Shown: positions 51,701 to 64,000 of the stretch, one piece after another
How positions within the stretch are numbered: position 1 is the stretch's first letter
Layout: every line of letters begins with the position of its first letter
DNA from: Catajapyx aquilonaris
Taxonomy: Eukaryota
Reading direction: 5' to 3'
Length of the DNA: 64,000 nt
NCBI GenBank assembly: GCA_000934665.2
Contig: KZ538283.1
Location: 1 to 64,000 of the forward strand
Notes under the pieces: model-generated
Seen by the model: only the letters and a program-made list of their open reading frames with translations
The model's database searches: none
What the model was told of the DNA's origin: nothing
Position numbers and translations under genes: made by a program

Positions 51701-54700
51701 AACGAGTCACCGACCTCTCTGCCAGCTATTCAAACTCGGCTTGCAATCTTCTAATCTATTTAGAGAAGAAACTGCTATAGTGCCTGTATCCTGGTTGCGG
51801 TTTATCGGTTTCGTGTACAGCTGCAACTATTTCCAGGTTGTCGGTTGGCTGAGAGAAACAATCGATAGCGATCTCCTCTTCCGGAATGCAGCACCGGCCC
51901 AAGACGGAGATTCACATTGCTTCGGTTCAATTAAACAAAGGCCTTGCATTACTAAAGTTTTACAAGTTGCCCCCAACAACGATGGGTCTGACGGAGGGTT
52001 CAAGTTGCTAATATTTCAGGGGATAATTATTTAGTAGTTTGGATGGGTATATGAACGATTAATAAAATGTGGATTTGATTTTTAATCTAGCCTAGCGTCC
52101 TATATTTAGCCATTGTGCTAGTTCAATTGCTCAAAAAAATATTGAACAATTTGACACAAAGTTCAGGCATATATGCTGGAAGCAGAGGTTATTATTTGAA
52201 TTTAACTGTCAATGTTTCAGATGAAATATATCCGCGCATCTGTTCGGTAAAAAAATGTCACCGAGAAATTGTCGCCTGACCAGCAATTCCCATCAACCGA
52301 TATCGCATTTTGAATCCACTGAATCGATTACGTTCTGGAAACTATTTCGCATCCCCCAAGGTGCATAAAACTGGAAGAAGCGTCTCCTCTGATTCAGATC
52401 TAATGGCTCATGGTCGAATAGCATATCTCCGTTCGGCGTAAAAAGAGCAAAAAGGAGGAGGTTCCCTCTCTCGAGACCTCCCCAAAGAAAAAAAAATTAG
52501 AAGAAAGAAAGAAAAAATGGGTCCAGTTGGCGAAGACAGTCGTTGGCACAGATGGGCCATGGAAAGAGGGGCATTAGCAAAATATACACGTAGCAGAGGA
52601 GGATCTTTCAGGTCGGGGAAGTGAAGCGAGTGGACGGCAGCTGGGCGCACTTGGGACCCTCAACTACAGACTTTGGATAGGGAAAAAGGAAGGAAGTGGA
52701 TGAGAAGGAAGGAAGGAAGAGGCCTTGAGGGGGGAATGGGGGGGAAAAAGAAGCATTATTTTTTGGGAGGAAAAAGTACAGGAAGGTAGAGAGCAAGGCA
52801 GTCTGGATGCTGCTTGTTGTGTCTGGACCTTTCCCCTCCAATTTTCCCACGGACCCATCCCTTCAACCCTTCTCTCTCTCTCGTATATTCAGCCAACGAC
52901 TGGGGCCAAACTCAAGGCTTGATGACGACTGCAATGCTGTTTCGCTCGCCTTTTCCACCAACCGCATCTGCGGTGCTTATGCTCTGCAACTGCGATCTTC
53001 AACTTTGCTCAGCAGATGCAACGTCTCGTTATCCCAGGGAGAATTGTTATCACGGGGTTGCGGGTTCTGCAATTTTTATAAGTGGTACAGACTACTTAGT
53101 TTTTGTTGGTATTACAGTATACGTAAATGCACGTACAGTCACATCATGTATAGGCTTACCAACTGATTAACATTTATTATCCGGAAGCATAGCGTGAATT
53201 TCGCATTGCAGTAATATGGCACTTTGAATTTGGAGTGTATATGCCCCCAAGTTATGCCTTAATTAAATAAACACCGTAATTAGTATATATACAATAATAT
53301 TCCACCTGCCTCACAAATAAAATAAATTATAGCTTCTAATACCTAATGCCTATTTCCCCTGAAACCTGTTGGAACACCCTGTAAATTGTATAAACAAAAT
53401 CTGAGAAACCTGAGAATGAAACACTAAGTTCATATTAAGTCAAGTTGACTGCACATGCTTGGAGAATGTAAACGTGAGGCATGCAATGTTGTTTTCCTTG
53501 TCTTACAGACCGAAGAGAGCGGAAACCTCATCCATATGTACTATTATTTTTCTTACCATGTTAGTGAGATGTGGCTTGAGGGTCATACATTAATTATGCA
53601 CATAATTCATATTTATACCATCCCTACACGGCTGTACTTTCTGGAACCTAATATTTTTACCTTTCCCTATAATTTTATTACCCTCTTTCACGCCCCACGT
53701 CCGGCCCATTCCTGACGTGAAAAGACTGCATTTTTAAAACCTACCTGTCATATTCTCAAGACGTCAGGTTAATGTGAGAAATCCTTGCAATATTACTGAC
53801 ATTAATATTGCTGGCTGTACACTGTCCAGTACTTTAAATAGTACTGAAGCATGACTGGATACAGGATGTTTCAATATACTTTCTCGCTGGACCACGCTAC
53901 ATGTTAATTTCACCTTTAAAATTCCAGCTGCACGCGTCAGTTATGAATGGCCCGATGGTAAAAAGTACGCAATATTGATACGCATGCTGCAATAACACAC
54001 CAGCAGGCCTGAGACCGTGTAAATTATTGCACCTCCTCCTCCCCCCCCCTGATGCAGCTGATCACAGCTTCCGAGTAACAACTTCCGAGTCGTGATGAAG
54101 TCACGTATATCCCATTTGTCCTCCCCCCCTACACTTTTCCCAGTGAATACCACCCGAAATTCACACATAAAGGCTCTAATCCCGTGGTGGGAATGGGGAA
54201 TAGATTCGAGACTGATTGGCCTGATGAGTCACTCCCCCATCCGACATATTGGTTAATGAACAACGTTTGTACCTAACGCATCCGGTATTTAATTCCACGT
54301 CGTAACCATTATTTATGTGCGAAAGGAAGTTCTGAGGCAAGGACGCAGCTTTTGCGGCAGGTCTGGCGGTCTCCTTTTGCCTCAAAACGATCGATCCTCC
54401 CTGTGTAGCAGCAAACCCCTGGGTTTTTCTTATATGCTTTTCCCAATCTTCCTCACTATGATTAATGATGTCCATGACTGCAGGGCCGCCCCAGTTCCAC
54501 GAAACGCGCCTATCGCCTCTTATGCCATCGAAGAAAGGCCTTCGAGCAATACATCGATGTCACTCCGAGGTTTCGTCTTACTCCCAGACTATACTGCCTC
54601 TTATCGGTCCAATTTATCACGCGCCATAATTGCGCTGGATCAGTTATGAAGAGCCTAATTACAATTCGTTATTCCAACATCGGTCACGTACACTGTGGTA

Positions 54701-57700
54701 AATGCACGTTCCGGTTCTCTCTTTTTTTTGTGGAAGGGAAGAAAGTGCCTTTTCCATCACAAGTCCTCTCTCGGACTGGTCTGATTAGGATTTGGCTTGT
54801 GGCCAAAAAGCTCTTTCTCTCTCTGCAATAGTAATAGACTAATAGTATGTATCGACGCGTAACGTACGGAGTGTTACTATATGGTGGGTACGTTCGGGTT
54901 GTTTTCTTTCCATTAATGCATTATGGTAATCAGCTAGGATTTCTAAGTTGACTTGGGGGGGNTCGGAAGCTGACAAATTTATTAATTCGCATAAATCTAA
55001 CTCCACGGTTTCAGGGGGGGGTTATTTTCACTGCGAATTTTCGCAGATTTTTCGTACACAAATGCGTAAGCCCTTTCAAAAAGGGGGGATTTCAGATGAC
55101 TTGTTCCATGGGAAAATAATTATTTTTGCAGCCGTTGCCTCGCTCTGCATCACTTCCCCGCCAATTATCAGCTCGTTTTCAGGTTTCAGAATAGGTTCAT
55201 AAATCCTGCTCTCAGCATCGGCCATTTTTTTGTACTATTCCAACCATCAAAAATGATATTTTTTAAATACTTGTCTAAACATTTATGTGATAATTCCCTG
55301 GGTTATTTCGCTCCCCATAAATAATAAGGGGATGTAAGGAGCACTGCTATACGTAATTATTCATTAAAACAGCGTGGGCAACATGAACGCTATTTTTAAA
55401 CCCCCAAAAACAGGAATAAGCAAGTCATGTAATTTTCATTCCGCAACCGCGTTTCGTGATATATTTCGTGATTTCAAAAATGACAATGCTCATTATGTCA
55501 GTGAGATGAAAATGTATGGGCGAGCACTGCTTTCCCAGGAGAGTAAAAAAAAGAGAGAAGAAAGCAGCCGGAGAGAGCAGCAAGAGAATTATTCAAACCT
55601 CAGAGATAACAGTAAGGAAATGGGACTTCCTGCATATACGCACAAAGGGACTGCATACACGACAAACTTTTTTTTTCTTCATTTCATTTCCAAGAGAGGG
55701 GTCGAAGAAACGTATCTTTGGCAAATTCTAAGAAGTGTGTCAATAAAGGTGTGAACATCACGTGAAGCACGCTTACGTGCATGCAGTGCATATATCAACA
55801 GACGATTTTCGTGTGTCAGTGACAATCCGGCTTCTTTTTTTTTTTTAAATGACATGTTTACTTTGGTCTCACCTGCTGAGCAAACGGTGGCCGGACAAAT
55901 TAAATTCCAGGAGCTCTGTTGTCACTTGTCAGTCACTGCGTCACTATACGAGAGATAAAAAAAAATCTAGGAGGAGAGGGGGGGAGTCTGCGGTTATGTG
56001 CCTTGGCTGGGAAAACCCGTCAGTCTTATCGGTTCTCAGAAGTCAGTCCTCGCCGAGTGAAGACGACCGAGATAAACAGGAAATTACGCCAAGAAAAGCG
56101 GGAAAATCCCGCGTTTGCATCCGTCGATAAAGCTATCGCCCAGACCAAAGATTGTGCTCAGGAATTGAGAAAACCAGCCCAACCTAAAGGAGCCAAGAAC
56201 ACACCGCCTTATTGCTCCAAAAACGAAAACTGATTTTCAAATGTTCCTTCTCAATACATTTTCCACAAACAAAAGGCCGTGTCTTCATTTTGTTATTAGG
56301 AAGCCTCGGTGATATTGACGGGAAATTGTTTTTGATTTTGGACCCGCACGAGTCGTACGCTCTTCCAAACTCTGTCAAGCAATATCACTGATGACACAAA
56401 TATTCAATCAAATTTTCATATATATATAAGTCCCTATATATCAATCAAAGGCCAGTGACCAGTTTGAAGACAATTTGTAACCGGCTCATTTTTTAATTTA
56501 AAAAAATGTATAATTGCGGTACTATGATTTCCCGACATTGGCTATACATTCGCTCAACATGTCTGCAGTTTGAGGCACCCGTCAATTTTTAAATGCGGAT
56601 AATCAGGGTAGATCCTTCACGCACCAGAGCCTCCAATCAATTAGAATGCAATAATTACACACGTGACCCCGTCGAAAACGTGTTTTCAAACACTTCAAGT
56701 AACGTTAGTTACCTTGTACAAAAAAGGCAGCGAGCGTGGCCAATTGGCCTTGATCCCATCCCCGGTATTTGCATGATGGTTTCCGAATGATGCTCTCTTC
56801 TCTCTCTCATCCCTATAGTATATACCCTCTACCTCCTAACATCAATGTATTCTTCTCACTCCAGCGGGTGAGTCAGTCCCCATGGCCTCCGGAACTCTTA
56901 ATGGATGGCCTGGAGGGCTCCGGATTAGAGGTGCCGGAAGAGGAAGGGAGAGTCAACCAAAGAGCCCAATTTTAAGAGAGAGAACGTGAGAATTAGCTGA
57001 GGGAGAGGCCACCTTTTTACCTATATACACACAGGCCAGAAAACCACCCAAACTGCTGCATAGTATTGATTCAGCCAAGCTCTAGCCTTATATATTTTTC
57101 AAAAAAAAAGGGTGGGGGCAAACGGTACTTTCAAAATTTATTTATTTTTCATTCCAACTACTGTAACTCAAAACGGATAATTATGCTCATAATACTGTAA
57201 TTCTTCCTATAGGATTTGATTAAATATTGTTACTACTCGAATTGATTATTAAAAACAGATGCTTTACCTGTAATTTTTAGGATTCGACTTTTCAACTGGA
57301 TAGACGTGTACATAGCAATGAACTATATGAATACCCCAAAAAAGGCGTCTTGTTTCCAACAGCAGAGTGGTGGCGAAATTAATTTGCGCGGGACACCGGC
57401 AGTCATGTTATGTAAAATATCCGTCGCTGGCAAAGTGCCGGCGTTGTGCAAATTCGGGAGTGTTTATTATAATTGAGGACGAGTGTACATTTAAATTGTG
57501 AATTCGGTGGGAGTTATATGGTCTCTGTTTAATGTTCACAGTTAATTGTGGTTGTAGCTCTAGTGGGTCTGCAATTACCAGGCTGTGCATATGCGCTGGG
57601 GGGTTACAGCAAAGCGCTGACTGGTTCAACACCAATATTTCAAAATATTGCAAATTGTAAATGACTGCGAATTCGGTATGCTCGTAACGCCCCGCAGTCC

Positions 57701-57717
57701 TTTCACTGTAATTTATT

Positions 57718-58155
57718 TCGAGTGGTTTTCACTCCTTTTTTTGCTTAAAATATCATCCAATCCTTTTTAGATTACATGGCCTAAATTTACTGACTTAACG
57801 AAGTTGTGTCATTTTTAATTTGACGTGATTAAATAGTGTGAAACCCTCTACAAAATTTATTTTTAATGCAAAGGTGTTTTTAAACATTTCTGTGTACAGA
57901 ACGGATAATAATTTTCACATAACGAAATTATCCCTCTACATACAGTATCCTGAATATTTATGTTCCACTTTTATGCTTATTCAGTTCAGTTTATTATTTC
58001 ATTACGTACATTTTATATCATCATTTTGTCAGTTTTATTTCATTTATTTTTGCATTCAAATTTTCGGCAAAATTTCTTTGAGCCAGCTGTTAGAACATTT
58101 CCACTCAAAAGAAGTGGGTGCTCTTTCAAGTGCATACAGAGTGAAAACCACTCGA
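57718..58155. repeat. Perfect 17-bp inverted repeat pair around an AT-rich interior (MITE candidate)
   Basis: tcgagtggttttcactc (57718-57734) versus gagtgaaaaccactcga (58139-58155); an extra gaaaaccactc copy follows at about 58159. Confidence 0.6.
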
Positions 58156-61100
58156 GCAGAAAACCACTCAGACTAAAGTTGGTACGATTCGAGCACAAGC
58201 TATGCAGCAAATTGACGCCAATTTTTTCCTCTTTTTTTTGAAAAGGAGAGGGGGGGGGGGGGNGGGGGACTCAAAAATTCCATTCCTTCTAAATATCTCC
58301 AGGCCTGAATTTTAATCGCACGCTAGCACATTACACGTGCAACAAATTATGTAACATGTAGGAGCCCCTCAAAACTACAAACCAGACAATTAAGGGTGGA
58401 AGACAAGAGATTTTTGGGCCCCGAAGCCTTCCTAATGTTACATGCCTCCTATGCCTCGATACAAGTCTGTCAAGACGTAATTCGTATGTAGAAAAAACTT
58501 GGGACGCCGTTAAATTATTGTTATTCCTCTCCTTTCAGAACCGCTTTTATACCATCACGCAGTCGCCCTTGGGATTATTTGGAAAACGGAACCAAGTCTT
58601 GGGCACGAGATCGGCGCCGTCTTTATAATTTTCGCTTTTTAGTCAACGCGGTAGGTGTTTCTTTTTTCTTCTTCTTCTTCTTTCGTAATTTTTTTTAAAG
58701 ATGAAAAAACGGGCCTATTTGTGTCAGTTCACCTCCTGGTTCTTTGACTGACAGCGGAGTAGTTACGCTGCCCTCAAAGAGATCATCAAGTGGCATACAG
58801 ACTAACTATCTTGCCCCGAGAGAGATGAGACGTTTCCTCAAACTGTTGTCTTCAGAGGCACACACAAAAAGGGCCCCGTGGTCTTTCCTGACCCGACGCG
58901 TTTCCTTATCTCCCATTATCTGAGGTACAGCATGTCGTAAAAAGAGCGGTATAAAAATTATAGCTTCCTTCCGGTTGTACGGGCTTAAAATCCACAGTTT
59001 CAACCTTGTGCCCCCAGAAATTTTGCAAACAATTTTTTTTTTGCTGGCAGGCCCACTTTCACTTTTTGCGGGGCCCAACTTTTGGGGGAGTGGGGCAAAA
59101 ATGCAGCACACTACTAGGCCGTCACCCCAGCAGAACACGAGCCCAGAACAATCACTAGGGAGGGGCCAGATGGGGGTCGGAGGAAAACAAAAGGCCTAAA
59201 TATACCAAGGGCCTAATGAAGAGCCTCTTCCATCTTTTTCCCCTCCCGACTGAATGGATCTGGCTGATAAAAGGGCCCCGCTGCTCCCGAGAGCAATTTT
59301 GAACCGCCCCCACCTTCTCAAAAAAAGAAGACACCCACCCACCCACAAAAGGAAGCTACTCCCATGAAAAATGACCAGCGCAATATTTATTGCATCAAGG
59401 GTGCGAGAGAATGACGTGAATTGAAGTTGAGGAGCCACGCCTTTGTCAAGTAGAAAAATGGTCCTCTTCTTCTTCTTTTTTCGGACAAGACGGAATGCTT
59501 CGGCACATGTCTCACCAGACAACAATCGGAGTTGGGGAGGGCAAAGGGAATGCACCTTTTTTTTCATTCTAATCTGATGGACACATACTTATTCACACAC
59601 AAATTGGGGGGACTTGTTTTTGTTAGTATTTTGGCACCGAGGCTTTGCTGCATTTCTCTGAGCTGTACGTACACACCTCGGAGCAACAGATTTATGTTCC
59701 CCCCGTGAGAATTGAAGGCGACACGGCGAAAAGAGGCTCCGCCAGTTCCTTCTCACCTGCTGCTGACACCACCAAATTTACGAGGCCCAGAACCAAGGCG
59801 ACGCTCCAAAAGCAGGGCTCCTGCCTCACTTTCCCTTCCACACCACCGTCGTCGTGGGGGTTTCATGAATACCTTCCTCTGTGTCCTATTGCCACCCACC
59901 AAACCAACCCCTCACACGACAACAATACCAGGGCTGAGGACCAGGCACGGTGAAAAAAAAGAACTTGGGAGGGTAAACTTCCAGGAAGTTTTTAGGCCAT
60001 TGCATGTACAGCCCCAATTTTAAGTAGTGCAAATTTATGGAGTGAAATTCAATCACAAACTAGCAGAAACGGTGTTAAAATATTTAGTTAAAAACAGCAG
60101 ATATTCCTCACAACATCACGGTAAGATCCGCTGCCAAAAATAATCGGAAAGATTTATATCCGCCCTCTAAGCATGTCTTAATTCTTTATACAGAAAAGAG
60201 CCACGGCGCCAAAGTTTTTGGCGGGTTATTCCGGCTTTTTGAAAAGACAAACTTCATAACTCTTTGCCGTCTCGGCCCCCAAGTTAGATCCCTCCCAGCT
60301 GGTGATGGAATCAACGCCCTGATGCTAATTAGACCAAAAGCTTAGTAGCACCAACTCCCAGTCGCAAAACTATTTTCGAGGCAAAGGCCCGGAATTGAAG
60401 TCAAAACATTAATTCCAACAAAGCAGTAGACAAAATATAAAGTTATTTAAAAAATATATCAATCATTTTTTTTGTTTACTCTCTAATTTGTAATAAGAAG
60501 TGTTCACTGGTCGGTTTGTTGACTTATGAATCTAAGGTGTAATTGAGTGCCGGAAACTATTTCAATTCCGCCATGCCTTTAACTTCCCGCCAAAAGAGCG
60601 TGCTTTTTGCTTGGCGGGAAACTAGCCAAGGCCCTTTTAGGATAGGCGCTCAATGACTTCAGGTAGGTCAATTCCCTGCTGGCTCCAGGAACGTTCTGAG
60701 TTATTAATAACTAGGGTTTGGTTGGATGAGTGGCTGGAACCATGACTTTGAGTTTCTTGCCCTCCCCCCCCCNGGCCTTTTTTTTCTACATCTTATGTTT
60801 TTCTCTCTTTTTTTTTTTTTTTTTGGAACCGGCTTTTGGTTGATAATCAACAGGCGCCCCCCTGTAGCACGTGTTGCGTGAATACAGTGTTTCGGCTCCT
60901 TTTAGCCTCTGTACACACAAGTTCGTTTATGGCATGCTGAAGCGTTCAAGGTCGGAGACGCGATAAAAGTGCATTTACAAGGTGTCATCACTCATGGTTT
61001 CGTTTGTGTTTCTACCGAACAAATTAGGGAGTCAGGAGAGTCTATATTTCTTCGAGGTTCATACAAAGTTGCACGTAAGTGAAGCCGGGTCGTGCCAGAA

Positions 61101-64000
61101 GTCTATTATTTGTGCGAGACACGAAGCGTGTACTACACAGATGCGTATATGAACTTGAGCCCTATAGACATTATATATACCTGGCATGCGAAGCCAATTT
61201 TGCGAATTAAAGTGGCATTGACATTTTTATGTCGTGTCTGCGTTACAGTAACCTAATGCTAGTTGGGAGAATATTATGGAAAGTTGTGCTGGAGAAACCC
61301 TATTTTCTTCCATCTTTCCTTCAACGTTTAGACAGCACAAAAAAGGGGGTCTGAGAAAATACCTTCCACAATAGAAAACTGTTGTAACGGCTTGTGCTGT
61401 TCAGTATGGGGAAACTTATTTATAACCACGTAGCCTCAATTACTCACGAATCTGGGCATCGGTTTCCAGCTGTCGTTTTCTAAACATACACCTGCTACTC
61501 GACACTCTATTTAACATATAAAAAAATACACTCCCCATATATCGCTGTGTATAACAACGAAAATTTTCGTGTTTGCATGAAATGTTCGGTTACTATGACA
61601 CGTACTGACACCAGGTTTTTCTTTCCCATGCTTCTCATGCATTAATTACATCTGTCACCCACAATTTACGGCCCGTTCAATATGAAGGGGCTTTTCCCAG
61701 ATAAATCAGTTAACTCGAGATTCTTTTCCTGGCAACCGGTATCATCCCCTGGATCCCACCCTGCCTCTCTGTCTGCCTCTTTTTTTTGGGCAGAGGGCGG
61801 AAGCACACCGGATATTACCAACCACACCGATTCAGCCTCACCCTGACATGATTTGCGATATTTCCACCCACACGTTTCCTCCCAATAAAATGGATATTCC
61901 ACCTTAAAAAACCCTTTTTATTGCTATGCTCTCCCAAACAGCCCAAAAAATATTTCTAACCACATACAATGCCAGTACGAGTTGAATTTTCTGCTGGGAA
62001 TTTTTTAGGGAGCTAACATAGTTTTAATGCTGGATATGTCCCGCAACAGTTGCCCAACTTGGCTTGTTTCCTGGTGGCATCAGAGGAGGGGAAGGAGAAG
62101 CGTCTTTTAAAATGGAAGAGAGTGTCTCCCGCCTTCCTTTCAGCATGCATGTGGGCACCCAGGACTCTTCCGCTCTCTTCCAAACAGGACTTGACAGATG
62201 CCTCCCATCTTACCTCTCTTTACACCAAAAAACCCACCCTCTCTATGGTAGGCCGGCTTCTTTTCTTTCCAAAAACTCCTCCCGTCTGCCTGGCCCCCTC
62301 CTCGAATTAGAATAATTCAGTTTGCGATTTAAATATTTTCTAAGCTTCAGCTTTTTCCCCCCCCACAAGGAAACAACATCTGCACATTTTTTTGCAGGTT
62401 GTCAAACTTAATGGCGTATTCAGTTCACCGGAGCATCTGCCACGTGGCGGTTAACAAAATGGTGGCCGGTTCAAAATGGCGTCAGCTGCTTTTCCAACTA
62501 GGCTACTGTAGAAATAAACCCTCGTCAGATTGCTTGCTCTTGACTTTTCTTTCCAGCGCATATTTGCAAGTGCACGTGTTGGCCCCTCCAGAGATGAACT
62601 CATGCGTGTCAGAGGTCGTTTTCTGTTGATTGTCCAATTGCAGTGGACTGATGTCATAACCATGCAATTTGTGAAGATTACTTCCACAATGTTGGCAACA
62701 AAAGCTGGACAAAATTAGGCTCATTGCGCCATTGTGAAAAAAAACAGGCCAAATTTTTTTTAAGGAGAAAGAGGGGCGGACCTGAGGATCTCTTATTCAA
62801 ATTTGGCTTCATGGCCAATTGGGTTAAAAGCCAATCTCTGGGCGTCGAGCCATTGATTCATCTGGGCCCCGCATCCGACAGCGATGCTTCAGGGATCCTC
62901 CAACCTACTCAAAATCAGCCCCGATTATCGGCACCGGAGAGCCTTCATTTTCTATAGACGCTTGGATATAAGGGGGGGATGTTTTCAGAGAGATAGCATG
63001 ACTCAATGGCGTCATTTTCAGAAAGTGAACTTTGATGAAGCTATACAACACCCTCCTCTATATCCTTTTTTGCCTTTGCCCTTCTTTCGATAGGAGGCGA
63101 ACACACACAAAAAATAAAAATAAAAGGAGGGGAGATCCCTTATTGGGACTAACGAGGGTCAAGGGCGGATAGGCGTTCCTTGCAAAAACGTGGGAAGAAA
63201 GAGGCTTCACCGACAGTTCTGGGGGATTGGAATCCAGCTGCAGTGCTATTGAAGAGGTCAAGGACTATTGGAGTCTCGAGGCAATGGAAAAATTGACTTC
63301 TAATCAGGTTATGTCGTGCCATTAGAAAAATCGAGTTCTCACATTCGTTCTGGGACACTACATTTTTCTTGGCCTTCGTTCAATGCACGCTGCTTTTTAA
63401 TTAAATCACATACCTTCTTTTTTGGGGGGAAGCTACAGCACTAAGCATTTATAACTTGCTCTTTGCAAGCCTCTTCTTGGCCTCAATCGATTGACAAGTC
63501 TTGAGAGGATTCGGTAATTGGCGGTGATCTACTAGCGATGTGTAATCCGGCTTAACCGGTTCCGATTTTCATTCACGATTTGGTTACCTTTCAGAGCAGA
63601 TGAAAAGAACAGCAGGAGGGTCGTGATAGCCCTTCCCAACACCCGTTTGAATTGCTTCCTCCACGGGTTTTCATTCCGGGATTTATTTGACTCGAGGTAA
63701 CGAAAATATTTACCTGTACCCCGTATATTAAGTGACAATAATTCCAATTATTTTGCAATTGATATTAATTTCACAAAAATACTAGGAATTGCGGTTATAT
63801 AATTTTTTCAATTGGATCTTGTGCCCCTGACCATCTGGCAAGCAAAGATGGCCCCCTCCAAAAATCTTTTCTGAGACTCCTTCGTGCTCCAGTTGCTCTC
63901 TATTCATCCAGTTTGGGCCTCTCCCCTCATGCCAGCCTTTTTTTTTTACTTTTTTACTTTTTTTTCCTTCCTTTTCTCCAAGCGCTTGTGGCGGGAAAAG

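Noticed and set aside
1..64000. Hox cluster assignment
   Set aside because: By eye I found no homeobox exon and no miR-10, miR-993 or iab-4 hairpin. The window-wide TTTATGG count is close to what base composition predicts.

Overview
This window is eukaryotic, almost certainly animal (probably invertebrate), and almost entirely non-coding. There are no operons, CRISPR arrays or rRNA, and none of the supplied ORFs reads as an intact recognisable protein. Well-supported content: an internally deleted mariner transposase relic with its left TIR (1287-1929, minus), abutting a tRNA-Ala-derived SINE-like element (from 1075); several MITE/foldback elements, one nested inside another; a 41-bp tandem array with a perfectly palindromic 18-bp core (31270-31850) plus a second array containing a flipped unit (32620-32800); a probable RTE LINE fragment; and microsatellites. 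Speculative: three minus-strand segments with good splice signals (41303-41288, 29846-29751, 787-633) join in phase to an 88-aa ORF across about 40 kb; a plus-strand 3-nt microexon candidate; recurrent E2F-type 9-mers; and homeodomain-site-dense blocks. The window looks like a large intron or gene desert. I found no evidence strong enough to claim a new biological system; the candidates below need RNA or comparative data.
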